DNA from: Octopus sinensis
Taxonomy: Eukaryota
Assembly (NCBI RefSeq): GCF_006345805.1
Contig: NC_043006.1
Location: 88,226,001 to 88,290,000 of the forward strand
Reading direction: 5' to 3'
DNA length: 64,000 nucleotides
Below, piece by piece: positions 50,883 through 64,000 of this stretch; positions within the stretch are counted from its first letter, which is position 1; every line of letters starts with the position of its first letter. The translations under genes were made by a program, and so were the position numbers. The notes under the pieces were generated by a model, which worked only from the letters and a program-made list of their open reading frames with translations, searched no databases and was not told the DNA's origin.

Positions 50883-52393
50883 TCACTCAGAGTTTATCAT
50901 TTGTTTATATTTGATCAGGCAACAAAAAGGAAAAAATTCCTGGCTTTCATTACATATATGTGTTAGCATGTATGTATGTAAGTACATATGTGTGTACATG
51001 TATGTATGAATGTATGTATGTATGTATGTATGTATGTATGTATGTATGTATGTATGTATGTATGTACGTATGTGTGTACAAGTATGTATGTTTGTATGTA
51101 TGTATGTATGTATGTATGTATGTATGTACATATGTGTTTAACGTTCGCTTTCCATGCTGGCATTAGTTGGACAGTTTGACTGAGGGTTAGCAAGCCAGAA
51201 GGCTGTACCAGGCTCCAATCTGATCTAACAAAGTTCAGTGGATATGTGTGTGATTTGAAGTTCAGTTTCATGATAACTACTCCAAGTTTACATTTAGGGC
51301 ACATTGCCTAACAACATCAAGAGAGAAATTCAAAGAAGTAAGAGTGAGTTTGAAATAAATTCCATTATATCACTCATCTCACTTGTATTGAGTGCTTTAT
51401 TTTTTTTTCTAGTGTTTAATTGCACAAAAATCTATTCATATGTGTGAGTATTATATGTGTATACCTGTGTGATAGAAAGATATCTAACGAATATTTGAAT
51501 CAGTCACCGAAGAACAATATTAGGTACTTGCCAATAGAAATACAAATTGTCATTGAAAGATTATTATGTTCTAATACAAGATGTTATAAATCAAACAATG
51601 AAGAATTGTATTCACAGGAAAGATAACCTAGATGGTAGATAACTTGTTGAACTGGATAGAAACAAGAACACTGTAAGTTTCATAATTGTGCTCATAAGGA
51701 TACACATGTATATATACATACACATAAACACATACATACATACACGCATACACACAAACGGCGAGAGAAGCTTCCGAATGGAAAATTTTCTGTAACTGTA
51801 AAGACAACAAACAGAAGATGGTATTTTGTGAGAAACTGTATATAGTTGGGAAAGTGAGTAGCCCCTCTAGGCACTAACAGAACTTCAAATGTTAGAATGG
51901 AAAGAAAGATATACTGACAATTAAAGAGGAACTTATAATAGTGTAGCAGGCGGCAGATCTTCTATTGAATTATTGTAGTTAAAGCCATATACATATGTAC
52001 ACACACACAAGAAGACACAAATACATGTGTTTACAAACACACATGCACCCACACAGACATAGAAGTATATATTCACACACATCTAGAAAGACAAAGATGC
52101 ACTAAAAACATAAACATCAATACATATAGATTCTATACACCCATGTGTATAGTTTTCTTTATGGCTAATCTTCTACATTTGTCATTATGAAGAAAAAAAG
52201 AAAAGAAAATGATTAATAATGTGATAATGTATGCACCGACTGGAATATGATTGTTCCCAATTGAAAAATGATGACTTTTATTCCACAATGAACATCAAGT
52301 ACAATAAAATGAAAATCAAATAGAGAATTCTAGCTTCATTGAAAAATAGAATGAAAGAATCTTGGAATTGCAAGAGAATTGTTATTAGCAAAG

Positions 52394-52434
<41 letters not shown>

Positions 52435-52436
52435 AC

Positions 52437-52479
<43 letters not shown>

Positions 52480-54161
52480 ACATATACATATATATATATA
52501 AACACACACACACACACACACACATATATAAATACATATATACATATACATAGATGCATATATGTGCATATATATATATATATTTATAAACATATATACA
52601 TGCATATATATATATACTGGCGAAAATAAATTTAAGACCAATGATAAAAGGTCTATATCTTACAAAATATTTTGTTACTAACACCATACAAATTATTATT
52701 ATCTATTGCACCTTATGTAGAATTTATTTCTCTTTCAAATGATGCACATATATATATATATACACTCACCCAGAACTTGCAATTGCTAATTCTGCCCCGG
52801 CAAAACACTGCACATACCCCCATCAGCCTGCATTATCTATAAGCAGTATGAACCAGCAGTGTCTATCAGCATGAAATATGAAGTTTCCTATTGCTGCCAT
52901 GAAAGGTATGTCCACTGCTGAATTTCAACCCACTAGTTACCAACAGCCCAGATACCATCTTATCAATGGCTGCTCCTAAACACTGACAGTTCCACCAAGG
53001 AAGAGCTCCTAACCATCATTGTCTACACAGACAGTCGGTTGAGCCCTCAACCCCAAGCACCACCTATAGCCTCTCACATTCAACTCCATACACATGGTGT
53101 GTGTGTGTATGCACACAAAGACACACACACACACATCTATGTCCATTATGTACATACCACCATAGAAGCACATACACTAGCACACAAGCAGCTATGTATA
53201 ATTCCTCTCTCCTCTTCCCCCCTACCACAGTAACACTGTTGCCACTACACTAGCATATATCTGTCACATCCACACACATAAATACCAAGAGTATGTGTAT
53301 ATGTGTACACACACAAGCACATACCAAACAAGAACGCATACATGTATATTCTTCCAGACAAACATGCATACACCTAGATGTTTATAGACAAATAGAAGAA
53401 TGTACACACATACATACACCCTTACACATATCCTAAACTCTTGCTCATATACACATATTTACACACACACACACACACACACATACACACACACTTGCAC
53501 ATACTTAGACGTGCGCACACACACACAGACTCATACATCCAATAACAAACCCACATCCAAGCTCATATACATCTAGTTTATACACACACACACCTTTGCC
53601 AGCCTTGCTTCTGTTGGCTTCAAAGTTCCTTCAAAGGCCCACCAGAGCCCTAGATGCTACCAGCTTCCTGTCTAGCTGCACAGTCCAAGAAGTTATTTCT
53701 AATGTATCTGGTGTCACTAAGAAGCTGATCTCACTTCTTATAACATGATGTGACCTGCCTTGACCAATAGCAGCCCATTTTCTAGTAGCCATCTTGGACT
53801 TTCTGTATTCTTCCAATTGGTCATCTGAGCCTGAATGAGTTTTAAATAATAAAAATAATAATATAATAATAATAAATTATACACACACATGTATGTGTGC
53901 ATACGTTTATGTGTGTATGTGTGTGTTATTAAATAATAAGTGAAGGAAAGATGAATGATTAAAATGCCAATGATACCACTACTAATACAACTACTACAAC
54001 TGCCGATGATGATGCTGATGATGATGTTTCTACCATCATTATTATTGCCACTGCCGTTAAAGTTATATTTTTGTTGTATTTTTATTTTACAAGTTTCATT
54101 TTTCTTCTATTTTTGTATTCCTTCATGATCTTATATACAAGTAACAATGGCATTTTGTGTG

Positions 54162-54210
<49 letters not shown>

Positions 54211-54217
<7 letters not shown>

Positions 54218-54648
54218 GTGAAGGGAAGAAATGGAGCTGAATGAAGATTCTACAAAATTCCTTTATATTATTTTCTACACATGTTTCAAAGGTTGCAAAT
54301 TTCCAAATTCGGATTGAATAAGGAGACCATTTTGCAGCTTTCTCTTCAGGAGAAAGCTGAAGAGAAAGCTGCAAAATGATCTCCTTATTCAATCCGAATT
54401 TGGAAATTTGCAACCTTTGAAACATGTGTAGAAAATAATAAAAAGGAATTTTGTAGAATCTTCGTTCAGCTCCATTTCTTCCCTTCACTAAATATATAAA
54501 ACTTCAATTATCCGCGCTAAGGCACGGTTGCGACACCCCATGGTCGTAACCTCAACCGTGTTTTTTCTGTTGTGATTTTTGCTACCCAGGTATCGGTTAA
54601 ATTTTGAATAATCCGTAACAAGATAATTCATTTATCCATTTCAATAAA
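54211..54648 (+). mobile_element. Fold-back pLTR element, family A, second diverged copy in (TA)n
   Basis: 139-bp arms at 54211-54349 and 54357-54495; CTGAAGA at 54357, GAAAC-atgt-GTA at 54419-54430; tail homologous to 2792-2942. Confidence 0.85.
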
Positions 54649-55339
54649 TATATATATATATATATATATATTGTTTCTACATGGTATATCTATGTAGTGT
54701 GTGCATTTTGTAAGTTTGATTTGATGCTATAAGATGATAATGGTTATTTTTAATATTTCTTTGTTTCAATCTGTAAATAGTAATATCAATTTTGATGTTG
54801 TGCAGCAAAGAATAATAGCAGGTTCTGCTTTCGTTGAAGTACTATAGAAGAGAGTTCCAATTTTCGGTAGCACCAGCATTACAAGAGAAGTCGCAAGGAG
54901 AGAAACAAGAAATAAGGAAGATGATAATATGGGTAATAGACAATAGAGTACAATGAATTATTATTACACTAGTAAGATAAAAAAAAGTTTGAGTACATGA
55001 TAAGAAGAATAATAATGATGAAAATGATAATAATACAAATCATGATGATGAGAAGAAGAAGAAGAAGAAGTCTTTCTATTATAGGCATGAGACTTGAAAG
55101 GCAAAGTTGACTATAGCATCATTTGAACTCAGAATTTGAAGTCAGACGAAAAGCTACTAAGCATTTTGCCCAGTGTGCTAACAATTCTGCCAGCTCATGG
55201 CCATAATAAGGATAATGACAATGATGATGATGATGATGATTTGTCTTATTTTCTAGTATTTTTTTTATATCTTAATTGCTTTTTAAATAGTGATTTTTTA
55301 TAATTTGGAAACAAAGCCAGCAATTTTGGGTTTAGGATG

Positions 55340-55930
55340 AAGGTTATAGTCAATAGAGTGAAATGGATGCTTAAGAAATTACCAAATTGGTAAGTCTATG
55401 TACCATATGGTGCTAAGGGATTTTGGTTCAAAGAAAAAAACTCTCAATTATGCAGTTATATACAACCATCTTTTACTGACTACATAGAAAATGGAACACC
55501 AGCATGGATGATAAATAGGAAAGACAATGCTAAAATACAAGGACAAAGAAAAGAGAGGGCAAGACAGTAATTAGAGACCTATTACTTACTCGCTATTACT
55601 CAGAAAATTATAAGATGGCTTCATAATAGTTGAAGTGTATAGCTTTCTGCGGAAGGAAAATCTATTAAAAGAAAGGCAAAGTGATGCAGAAAGAAATCAA
55701 GGAAAACTGATTTGTTGTCTATCAATAACATGATATTAAGTGAAGTATAAATCAGAAAGAACATGGCTGTTGGTTGGCTAGACTACAGGAAGCCTTATGG
55801 CAATATTCTATACTGCTGGCTCATGGAGTTTATGAAGATGCTGAGAGTCAATGGGAAGATAAACAGTTTGTTGGAAAAAAGAATGGCAACATGGGAATTA
55901 AAACTAACACGTGCAAATGAACAAATATGC
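55340..55930 (+). mobile_element. Very old Dong-like RT fragment
   Basis: GFWFK, N*RPIT and MAVGWLDYRKPYGNILYCWL (compare AWIDYKKAFDSIPHTW). Confidence 0.7.
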
Positions 55931-56368
55931 AAGTGGTGGTGGTTCTCTCTCTCTCTCTCACTCTCTCTCTTTCATGGTCTTGAGGGCTCATAAAGATTTA
56001 TAAAACCATGCTGGTTCCTCATTATATCATTTCTCATTACCTCTGCAGTTACCACTAATCCATATGGCAATGGCACTATAAACATAACAACACCAGGAAT
56101 AGACATCGCTAACCAATACTCTTGAATGTTGTGCTTATAATAAATTTAGTGCAATACAGACTTGTCTATATGCAGATAGTATGCACATTATCTATGCTGA
56201 TGTCTTATCTCAGTCTTGAAAGACTTACAAACACTGTTGTATGAGGACCTTAGCTGACAGAAACTACATCCTTCAACACATACACCAAGACTTCTTTAAA
56301 ATTACCTTTTGAGAGAATACATCTCTCATTTTGTGAGGCATAAATAATCCACCGTACCCATTGCTTAA

Positions 56369-56589
56369 CCCTTTCGTTACCAACTCAGTCAAAACTGGCT
56401 CTGGCTCTGTAGTACAAATGTCTTGTTTTTATAAGTTTTGCATTAAAATATACCACCAAACCTTAGTCACAATTTATATTCCTAACACTAGCTTAATGAT
56501 AACTAAGTTATTTTACTAAATTCTTTGTTATATTTAAAATAATTGAAAAAAACACAGAGCATCTCAAAATAAATACAGTAACAAAAGGG
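56369..56589. mobile_element. piggyBac-like MITE
   Basis: TTAA target duplication (56365-56368 and 56590-56593); TIRs ccctttcgttac / gtaacaaaaggg. Confidence 0.85.
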
Positions 56590-57212
56590 TTAATTTAGGA
56601 CAAGTCCCTTAGACAAGGTGACAGTCCTTTGGGACACACTGCTCTCATAGTTTTGTTCTTTGACTGGACTATGTTCATTTCCAGAATTTCTTTATTAGAA
56701 ATATCTATAGAGCAGTATGTTATTGTTATTGCTATGTAAATCATCAAAACAATTGTTAGAGCTATAATTATCAACAGAACAATCGTTTTTCTTTTTGTTT
56801 TTTGGCTATTCAAATTGCATCTATCTTGCTGCAAAGTATTCTTTTGTATATTTTGTTTCTATTTGTTTTCTGTGTAGTTATCAATGTTTTTCTTTGAGGT
56901 TGCATTGCCTCTATCTCTTATTGACATTTTGTGTTGACTGTAAACAATTAAAGCAAAAACATATTTGAAAACTATCTTGTTTTACTTTTCCTCCAAACTG
57001 GGCCAAAAAAAAAATTAAATAAATTTCTCACCTTTCTTTGAAATGGCTCTGCATAATAAAACATAAATAAAGATATCCATTTTTTAAGAAAAATCAATAA
57101 AATGTAATCCAAGTATGGGGCAATGTGTATATTTTGTCAAGACAAGCAACAGCAGTAACAGCAATAACAATGATGAGAACAACAATGGTAACCATGGCAA
57201 TGATGACGACAG

Positions 57213-57245
<33 letters not shown>

Positions 57246-58129
57246 CGATGTTTTTTTTGTTTTAACAGCAGTGAATGTCCCTCAAACAACCTTACAAAAC
57301 CTGACCGTTGGGGAGGAAGTTTCCAGTTAATTACACCAGCCTCAGTATTTGACTGGTGCGTATTTCATCAACCCGCTAAGGATGCAAAAGTAAAGTTGAG
57401 TTTAGTAGGATTTGAAATAAGAACCTAAAGAGATGTAACTAAAGACTGCAATGCATCTTGTCAGATGCTCTAGCGATTTTTGCCACTATCCTGCTCTTTC
57501 AATAACGATCATAATGATGACATTAATGAGGAAGATAATAGTGGTGATAATGATAATGATGATTTCTAGCTTTTTGGTGAAGGAGCACAATTGGTTTACA
57601 GTTATTTAGTTGATTAGATAAGGATGAAATGATTAAATTGACACTAGTAAGATTTGAACTCAAAACATGAGGTACAACAAAGCATTTAGTCCAATGTTCC
57701 ACTGACTCTGACATGCATAATCATTCTAATATATAGTAGAGAAATATCGATGATTGATGTGACTCTTATTATATTACTGGTATTTATATCTAAATGAGTC
57801 ATAAAATCAATGTCAATGAAATAAGTACCAGTGAGGTACTGAGGTAATTTTAATTGATTTTTTTTCCATGCCTCCAATGATAATTTGTAGTTCTGCATAG
57901 ATTTATGATATCACATTTAGAAATGTGGAATTTGGTGGATAGAGACTATGTGGAAGCCTGCTGATATACAATATATGCATGTGTGTGTTTATCTTTCATT
58001 GATGTCTATCAATAAAAGATGTAAAGAACATTGGTAAGAAAACATGAAACATTACTCAAGATTGGACTACCCTACAATAATTGTTCCACTTAGGTTGTGT
58101 AGGTAATCCTTTACCAATTTTAGCATCAT

Positions 58130-59589
58130 AATAAGTACAAAAAAAAAAAAGAAAAGAAATCTCCTTATTATCATATGTTGCTGTAGATAATAAATAATAA
58201 CATTTACACACGGAGTGATATATACATCTCAGTTTAGTATTTCCATGGAATTCATCATAAAACCTGAGAAATAAGAAACATTTCTGAAATGACATAAGCC
58301 ACAAACTGGTTACAAATATTGTCTGTGTCAGGACAATGTTGTTTCTTAGTAGTCTGGAGTTCAGGTTGTGTTTTAGATAACATACACAATGATTGCCCAT
58401 CAGAAAACTGCAACCACCCACTCTATTGTTCACAAATTGTGATGTAAAATAAAAATAATTAAAATACTTTTTACTCATGTTTTCATTTGGTTTCAAATTT
58501 TAGCACAAGGTCAGCAAGTTCAGGGAAGGGTATAAGTTGATTACATCGACCCCAGTGTTCAACTGGTACTCGTTTTATCGATCCCAAAAGGATGAAAGGC
58601 AAAGTATTAATTGTTTAAAAGTTTTCCTAGGATAAAAGAAGAAGTCGTTGAATAGGATAACTTAATGTTAATTCATAATCATTATATTACAACATCAAAA
58701 CGAGCATAAATTAAATATGGCTAACTTATAATTGGAGAACAAATACAAATTTACCTTTTAAACAGAACCAAATTTGTAGATATGAGTACATATGAGAATT
58801 TTCCCTTGTATATACTCCTAGTTTCATCAAGTTTTGCAAAGTTTAAAATGTAAGCATGTGAATGATTTTTTAATATAAGCATGAAGCCCCACATATTCAA
58901 GGAGTGGGAAATGGAACAAGTTACCTTTGTGCCAGTCATTTATAGTGTTCTAAGTGTAGCAATTTCAACCCAGGATTGAAATTGAAGCATTCAAAGTTTG
59001 TAATACAGTTTGTTATATGGACAAAATTGCACAGTTGCAACTTCATAAAAAACGATAACAACATTTTTAACTACTGACAATACTATTATTAGCTACTAAA
59101 ATAGTTTCATAAAAAAAAAATTGGAAAAGAACGTGTGTAGGTATTGGTTAGAAGATAATTAAATGGATTTGAGAAGAGATGTAAGATAAAAAAATTTTTA
59201 ATAAAATTTTCCCCACAAGCAATTTTGTTTTAAATTTTGACAAAAGAATTTCTATTGTTTCCTTACTGTTGTTATGATTGATAACATTGTTGATGATGTG
59301 TCTAGAGAATATAGCTTTATTAAAAATAATGAATAAGTACAAAAAAAAAAAGAAAAGAAATCTCCTTATTATCATATGTTGCTGTAGATAATAAATAACA
59401 TTTACACACGGAGTGATATATACATCTCAGTTTAGTATTTCCATGGAATTCATCATAAAACCTGAGAAATAAGAAACATTTCTGAAATGACATAAACAAC
59501 AAACTGGTTACAAATATTGTCTGTGTCAGGACAATGTTGTTTCTTAGTAGTCTGGAGTTCAGGTTGTGTTTTAAATAACATACACAATG
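58130..59589. repeat. Near-identical ~260-bp direct duplication (58130-58391 and 59332-59589)
   Basis: Direct comparison shows only a few substitutions and short indels. Confidence 0.95.
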
Positions 59590-60050
59590 CAAATTAGAAA
59601 GGATTTTGTTGTTATAGCCAGCCAACTGATGAAAAGCAACAAACATGTTCCAGTGTTATTAGATATCCTTCAAGATGTCTATTCTACTCAGTTGGTAAAA
59701 CTAAAGCCGAACAGTGAATATATATATAGAGTGAGAGGGTAGTGATGCTAACTATGAATTCCAACGACATAACTGAGGAAAATACCTCTGGGAAGTGTTC
59801 TTCAACTACATATAAATACTTTCAAGTTTATCCAAGGAATTAGACAATAAAACTCCAAGAAGTATTTTAAATCTTAAAAAAAAAAGAAAGAATCATAGAA
59901 GGGAGACAATCCCAGAAAATCAGTTCAGGAAACATTTGAACAATATAGACAATGTATGTTGAAGTGAATCTAGTCTTTAAAACCAAATGGTTTCAGTCAC
60001 TTTGCATCACTAACATCGCCAGACTACACATCATTTGTGTGAATGTATGA

Positions 60051-60083
<33 letters not shown>

Positions 60084-60467
60084 TGTGCACATGTGTGCAT
60101 AGTGTTTCAAAATGCAATGATAAAAATATCCCTCGCTCTCACATAAAAAGAAAATGGAACAGCTACAATAATGGAAATTACAAAAGTAAAACTGTTGAAA
60201 GAAAAATAATCTGACAATTTGCAAAGTGATTCCAGTCATTCAACAGTAACAGTACCACCACAGCCATCAACAATAGAGATTGTGGCGTTAAAAATTAGAG
60301 AACCCAGTGAGGACTAAATAGGGAAGATGTGATCAATAACATAATATATTGAACTTGTAGTGGTTAACTAAAATGGAAAATTTCAGGAAGTTGTGTAACA
60401 ACAAATTATCACCAGAAGCACTTTGCATAAGCACATACATAGACATATAAATATGTGTTCATGTTTG

Positions 60468-60509
<42 letters not shown>

Positions 60510-62770
60510 CAATCACATATACAATTTATATATACATACATAATATATATATATATATATATAGTGTTTCTGCATGATATATCTATGTTGTGTGTGCATT
60601 TTGTATATATATATATATATATATATATATGAATTGTATATGTGATTGTGTGTGTATGTGTATATATATATAAATCATGTAAAAAAGGTAAAAATATTTT
60701 CCTTTCTCTCTCTATCAGGTGGTGAGTGGTTTGTTAGTGAGAATCCTTGTCTTGCAAATGAATCAGTTGGTGGTTCATTTTTTTTCTTTGTTCTTTTGCT
60801 ATCTTTTTACTCTCATAGTCTCACAGTTTTGTTAATTTCCTCCAGTGTTGTCTGTGTATGTTACAAAATGCCCTGCTGGACGTGGCTCAAGTTATTAAAG
60901 TTATTTTCAGTGTCGAAATGAAGCAGGAAATGTGTGCTTTACAAATAACTCTCCACTCTCTCAACATATTTCTTCCTCTTCTTCCCGTCCTTTTTTCCTT
61001 CTTTTTCTTCTTTCCCATCCACTTTCCTTATCTTTCTCTTTCTTCTTCTTCCACACTTGATATTAAAATCCATAGGTTTCTGCAGTGTTTCAATTAAGGA
61101 AAAACAGAGCTAGAGATTGGAAGCGGATATCTTATCGACAAACCAAAGACATTCTTTCTCTTTCTCTCTTCCTCTCTCTCTTACCCACTCTTTTCCCTCA
61201 CTCTCTCCCTTGCATCTACTAGTAAACCACTTTTTCACTGTTTTTCTGCTAGCAAGACAAACAAACAAATGACTATAAGAAATACCTTGGGACTGGGCAG
61301 AAAGAGATGGGATAGTTGATAGAAGAGAATTATTGGTTATTGAATTATATTTTCTTTACCAAATAAGCTTATTCACCATCAAGTAATTAGTACTTTAGAA
61401 AAGAGACCAGACAGCATCACTGTTTATTTCTTGTTCTATTTAGTTACTCACTTCATTCCTTCTTCTTCATTAACTAAAGACAGACAGGTCCCTCAACAGC
61501 ATAGCATTTGTTTTAGTTGGGTTTTTGCTTCTTCACTATTATTCCTTTATTTTGGGTATGTACAAACACTAAGAAGTATGCCTGGAGGCTGTTTATTACT
61601 ACACTGTTTTGAGTTCAAATCTCACCAGATTTCATTTGCCATCCAAGTTTATAAACTCAGAACTAATAGTATGCTAGGACTAACTCCATGCACAATACCT
61701 CCTCCTCCTGTTTAAGACTAACTTTTAACATAGTCAATATCAATAGTTGTAATGATGCACCAATAGCTATTATTGTTTAACCCTTGATCAATCATGATCA
61801 AATATATCTATAATGATTCCAGCTATGATCAGTGTATCCTTTATTTCAGATATTATGCATCTAGGACTACATTAGTCAATGTATCTTTCCTTGTTTTAGT
61901 ATTTTTGAAGGTAAGAGGGAATGATATAAGGGAAATTTAGATAAAGTTACCACACAGAGCCACCACAATTGGCTATAGTAATATGTGATAATAAGATATC
62001 ATTTTGTAATAGATTTTGTTTCTTTGCAAGAACAGTTTCCTTAGATTACATTATGTTACAAATGTTACTGAGGCTGCATAATTATCCTTCCCATCTCCTG
62101 TTACTTCATTCTGATTGTACAGCAATATATAAAATATGCATAAAAGGATGTTAAATGCTTCTATGAAACAAGGCAGAGCAAGACAGGATGGTTCATAGTG
62201 AAAAGATAATTACTGGTCTTTGTATTTTCTTTACTAGATAAAGAATAATTATTATTGATTTCTCACATAGTTACAAAGAGTTTGTACTGTAGAGTTGAGA
62301 TAGTTGATTAAATTGATCCCAGTACTTGACAGATAAATTCATTCATCAACCCTAGAAGGATCGAAGTTGACCTCAATATGATTTGAACTTGTAATGTCTA
62401 GATATTGTAAGAAATTTTATTCAATACTTTAACAATTCCACAACTCAAAATACAGAAGAAAATAATGGAGTGACTAAAATCATTGAGGGATAGATTAAAT
62501 ATAGCACAATGATTATTCTATGGTTTGAGTTCAAATGCCACTAGAATACAAGGGTGGACTGAAAGTTTAATTGAGTTACTATTAAGGAATGATGATAGAA
62601 CTGTGAAATCCTGATCTTAGGATGCTGAACCCCTTAAAAAAGATGACAAAGAAATGTAACAAATAGCAAGATGCAGTTTTGTCCAACCTATGGAAATATT
62701 AAACAATTGAACTTAAGGATAATGATCAGGCTGATGATGATGATGATGATGATGAACACACACACACACA

Positions 62771-62819
<49 letters not shown>

Positions 62820-62837
62820 TCATTTAAACTTTTATTT

Positions 62838-63185
62838 TTTCAGTTATTTGACTTTGCCATGCTGGAGCACCGCTTTCAGTCAAACATATCAACCCTAGGA
62901 CTTATTCTCTGTAAGCCTAGTACTTATTCCATTTGTCTCTTTTGCCAAACCACTAAGTTATGGGGACATAAACAAACCAGCATCAGTTGTCAAGTGATGG
63001 TGGGGGGACAAACACAGACACACAAATACATACATATATGATGAGCTTCTTTCAGTTTCCATCTACAAAATCTACTCACAAGGCCTTGGTCAGCCCAAGA
63101 AGACACTTGCCCAAGGTGCCATGCAGAGGGACTGAACCCAGAACCGTGTGGTCAGGAAGCAAGCTTCTTACCACACAACCACTCC
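62838..63185 (-). mobile_element. SINE family A copy
   Basis: Reverse-complement homology to 31862-32280. Confidence 0.85.
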
Positions 63186-64000
63186 AATCCAAGCAAAGCC
63201 CATAGGCTGCTTTTAGGCAAAGTGTTAGAGGAGAAGGGTGAGTAGAATTAATGCTACAAAAACTATATAAATGGTATAATGGTATATTCAAAACAGGAAA
63301 TAAATTAATTGATAAAAAATTTAAGAGAAAAGAAGAATTAACAACCATAATACGTAGGAGATAATATAATGAAATATATCTAGCAATCTAGCTGTCTATT
63401 TATCTATCTATACCTACACACACACACACAGACATACATTATCATTATTGTCATTTTATATTCACTCTCCATGCCGGCATGGGTAGAAGATTTTGGTATG
63501 ATTCAAGGAGTTGAAGAGCAACATCTTGTTACAATGTTTCATTTCTTGCATGCTGATTGTGGTTGGAGGTCAGCCATAACACACACACACACACACTTAA
63601 TTCGTTGCCCAGTTTAACATCATCCTTGAAGGCCCTGTAAAGAGTCTTGGGCACCAATCTTGTTGCAAACTAAGCAATGAGGTTGCTATCTATCTATCTA
63701 TCTACACAGACAGATAGCCAGACAGACAAGCAGATACACACACTCACACACACACATACATACACACAATATCTTATGATGCACAACATAAATCAGAACA
63801 GAAATAAATTTAAATATTACAAAGTCTCTGTGGGTTAAATATAAAATTTTATTTCAGTTCTTCTGAATTACACCATTTTAAGCTTAAATTAATATTGGTC
63901 AATTAAATACAAGCTGTTAAAAGTATAAATATGCAAATTAGAGTCAATACTACAGTGTTAGACTAATTTTTGACTACTTCATAAGCAACTAATCTAAGCT

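Noticed and set aside
52770-53090. IVYTDS RNase H-like motif
   Set aside because: A single short motif in decayed sequence is not enough to call.
54388-54405. atccgaattt resembling part of miR-10
   Set aside because: The seed region is absent and the match lies in HHR loop II of a repeat.
56595-56834. 79-aa ORF with a hydrophobic stretch
   Set aside because: AT-rich, with no homology signal or splice context.
58751-58939. Minus-strand ORF ending at a donor-like AAG|GTAAAT
   Set aside because: No recognisable protein and no neighbouring exons.

Overview
This is AT-rich, microsatellite-saturated eukaryotic DNA. The SINE families and (TA)n/(CA)n/(TAA)n density suggest an Octopus genome (inference). 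I can support no host protein-coding exon. Nearly all listed ORFs are microsatellite artefacts or transposon remnants: R4/Dong and RTE LINEs, two Penelope-like elements (PLEs), a CR1 3' end, Tx1/L1-like ORF1 remnants, three mariners, a piggyBac-like MITE, a Helentron-type element, a solo LTR, many SINEs and one degenerate tRNA-Asp. The main signal is a set of non-coding elements inserted in (TA)n tracts that carry hammerhead ribozyme (HHR) motifs. These comprise three near-perfect fold-back elements with type I HHRs on both strands, a family of stem-III-less minimal HHR variants, and an HHR in the 3' end of a coding PLE. An 801-bp partial tandem unit also carries what looks like a non-circularly permuted (pseudoknotted) hammerhead at 3122-3198 on the minus strand. 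All folds and alignments were done by eye, and no activity is demonstrated.
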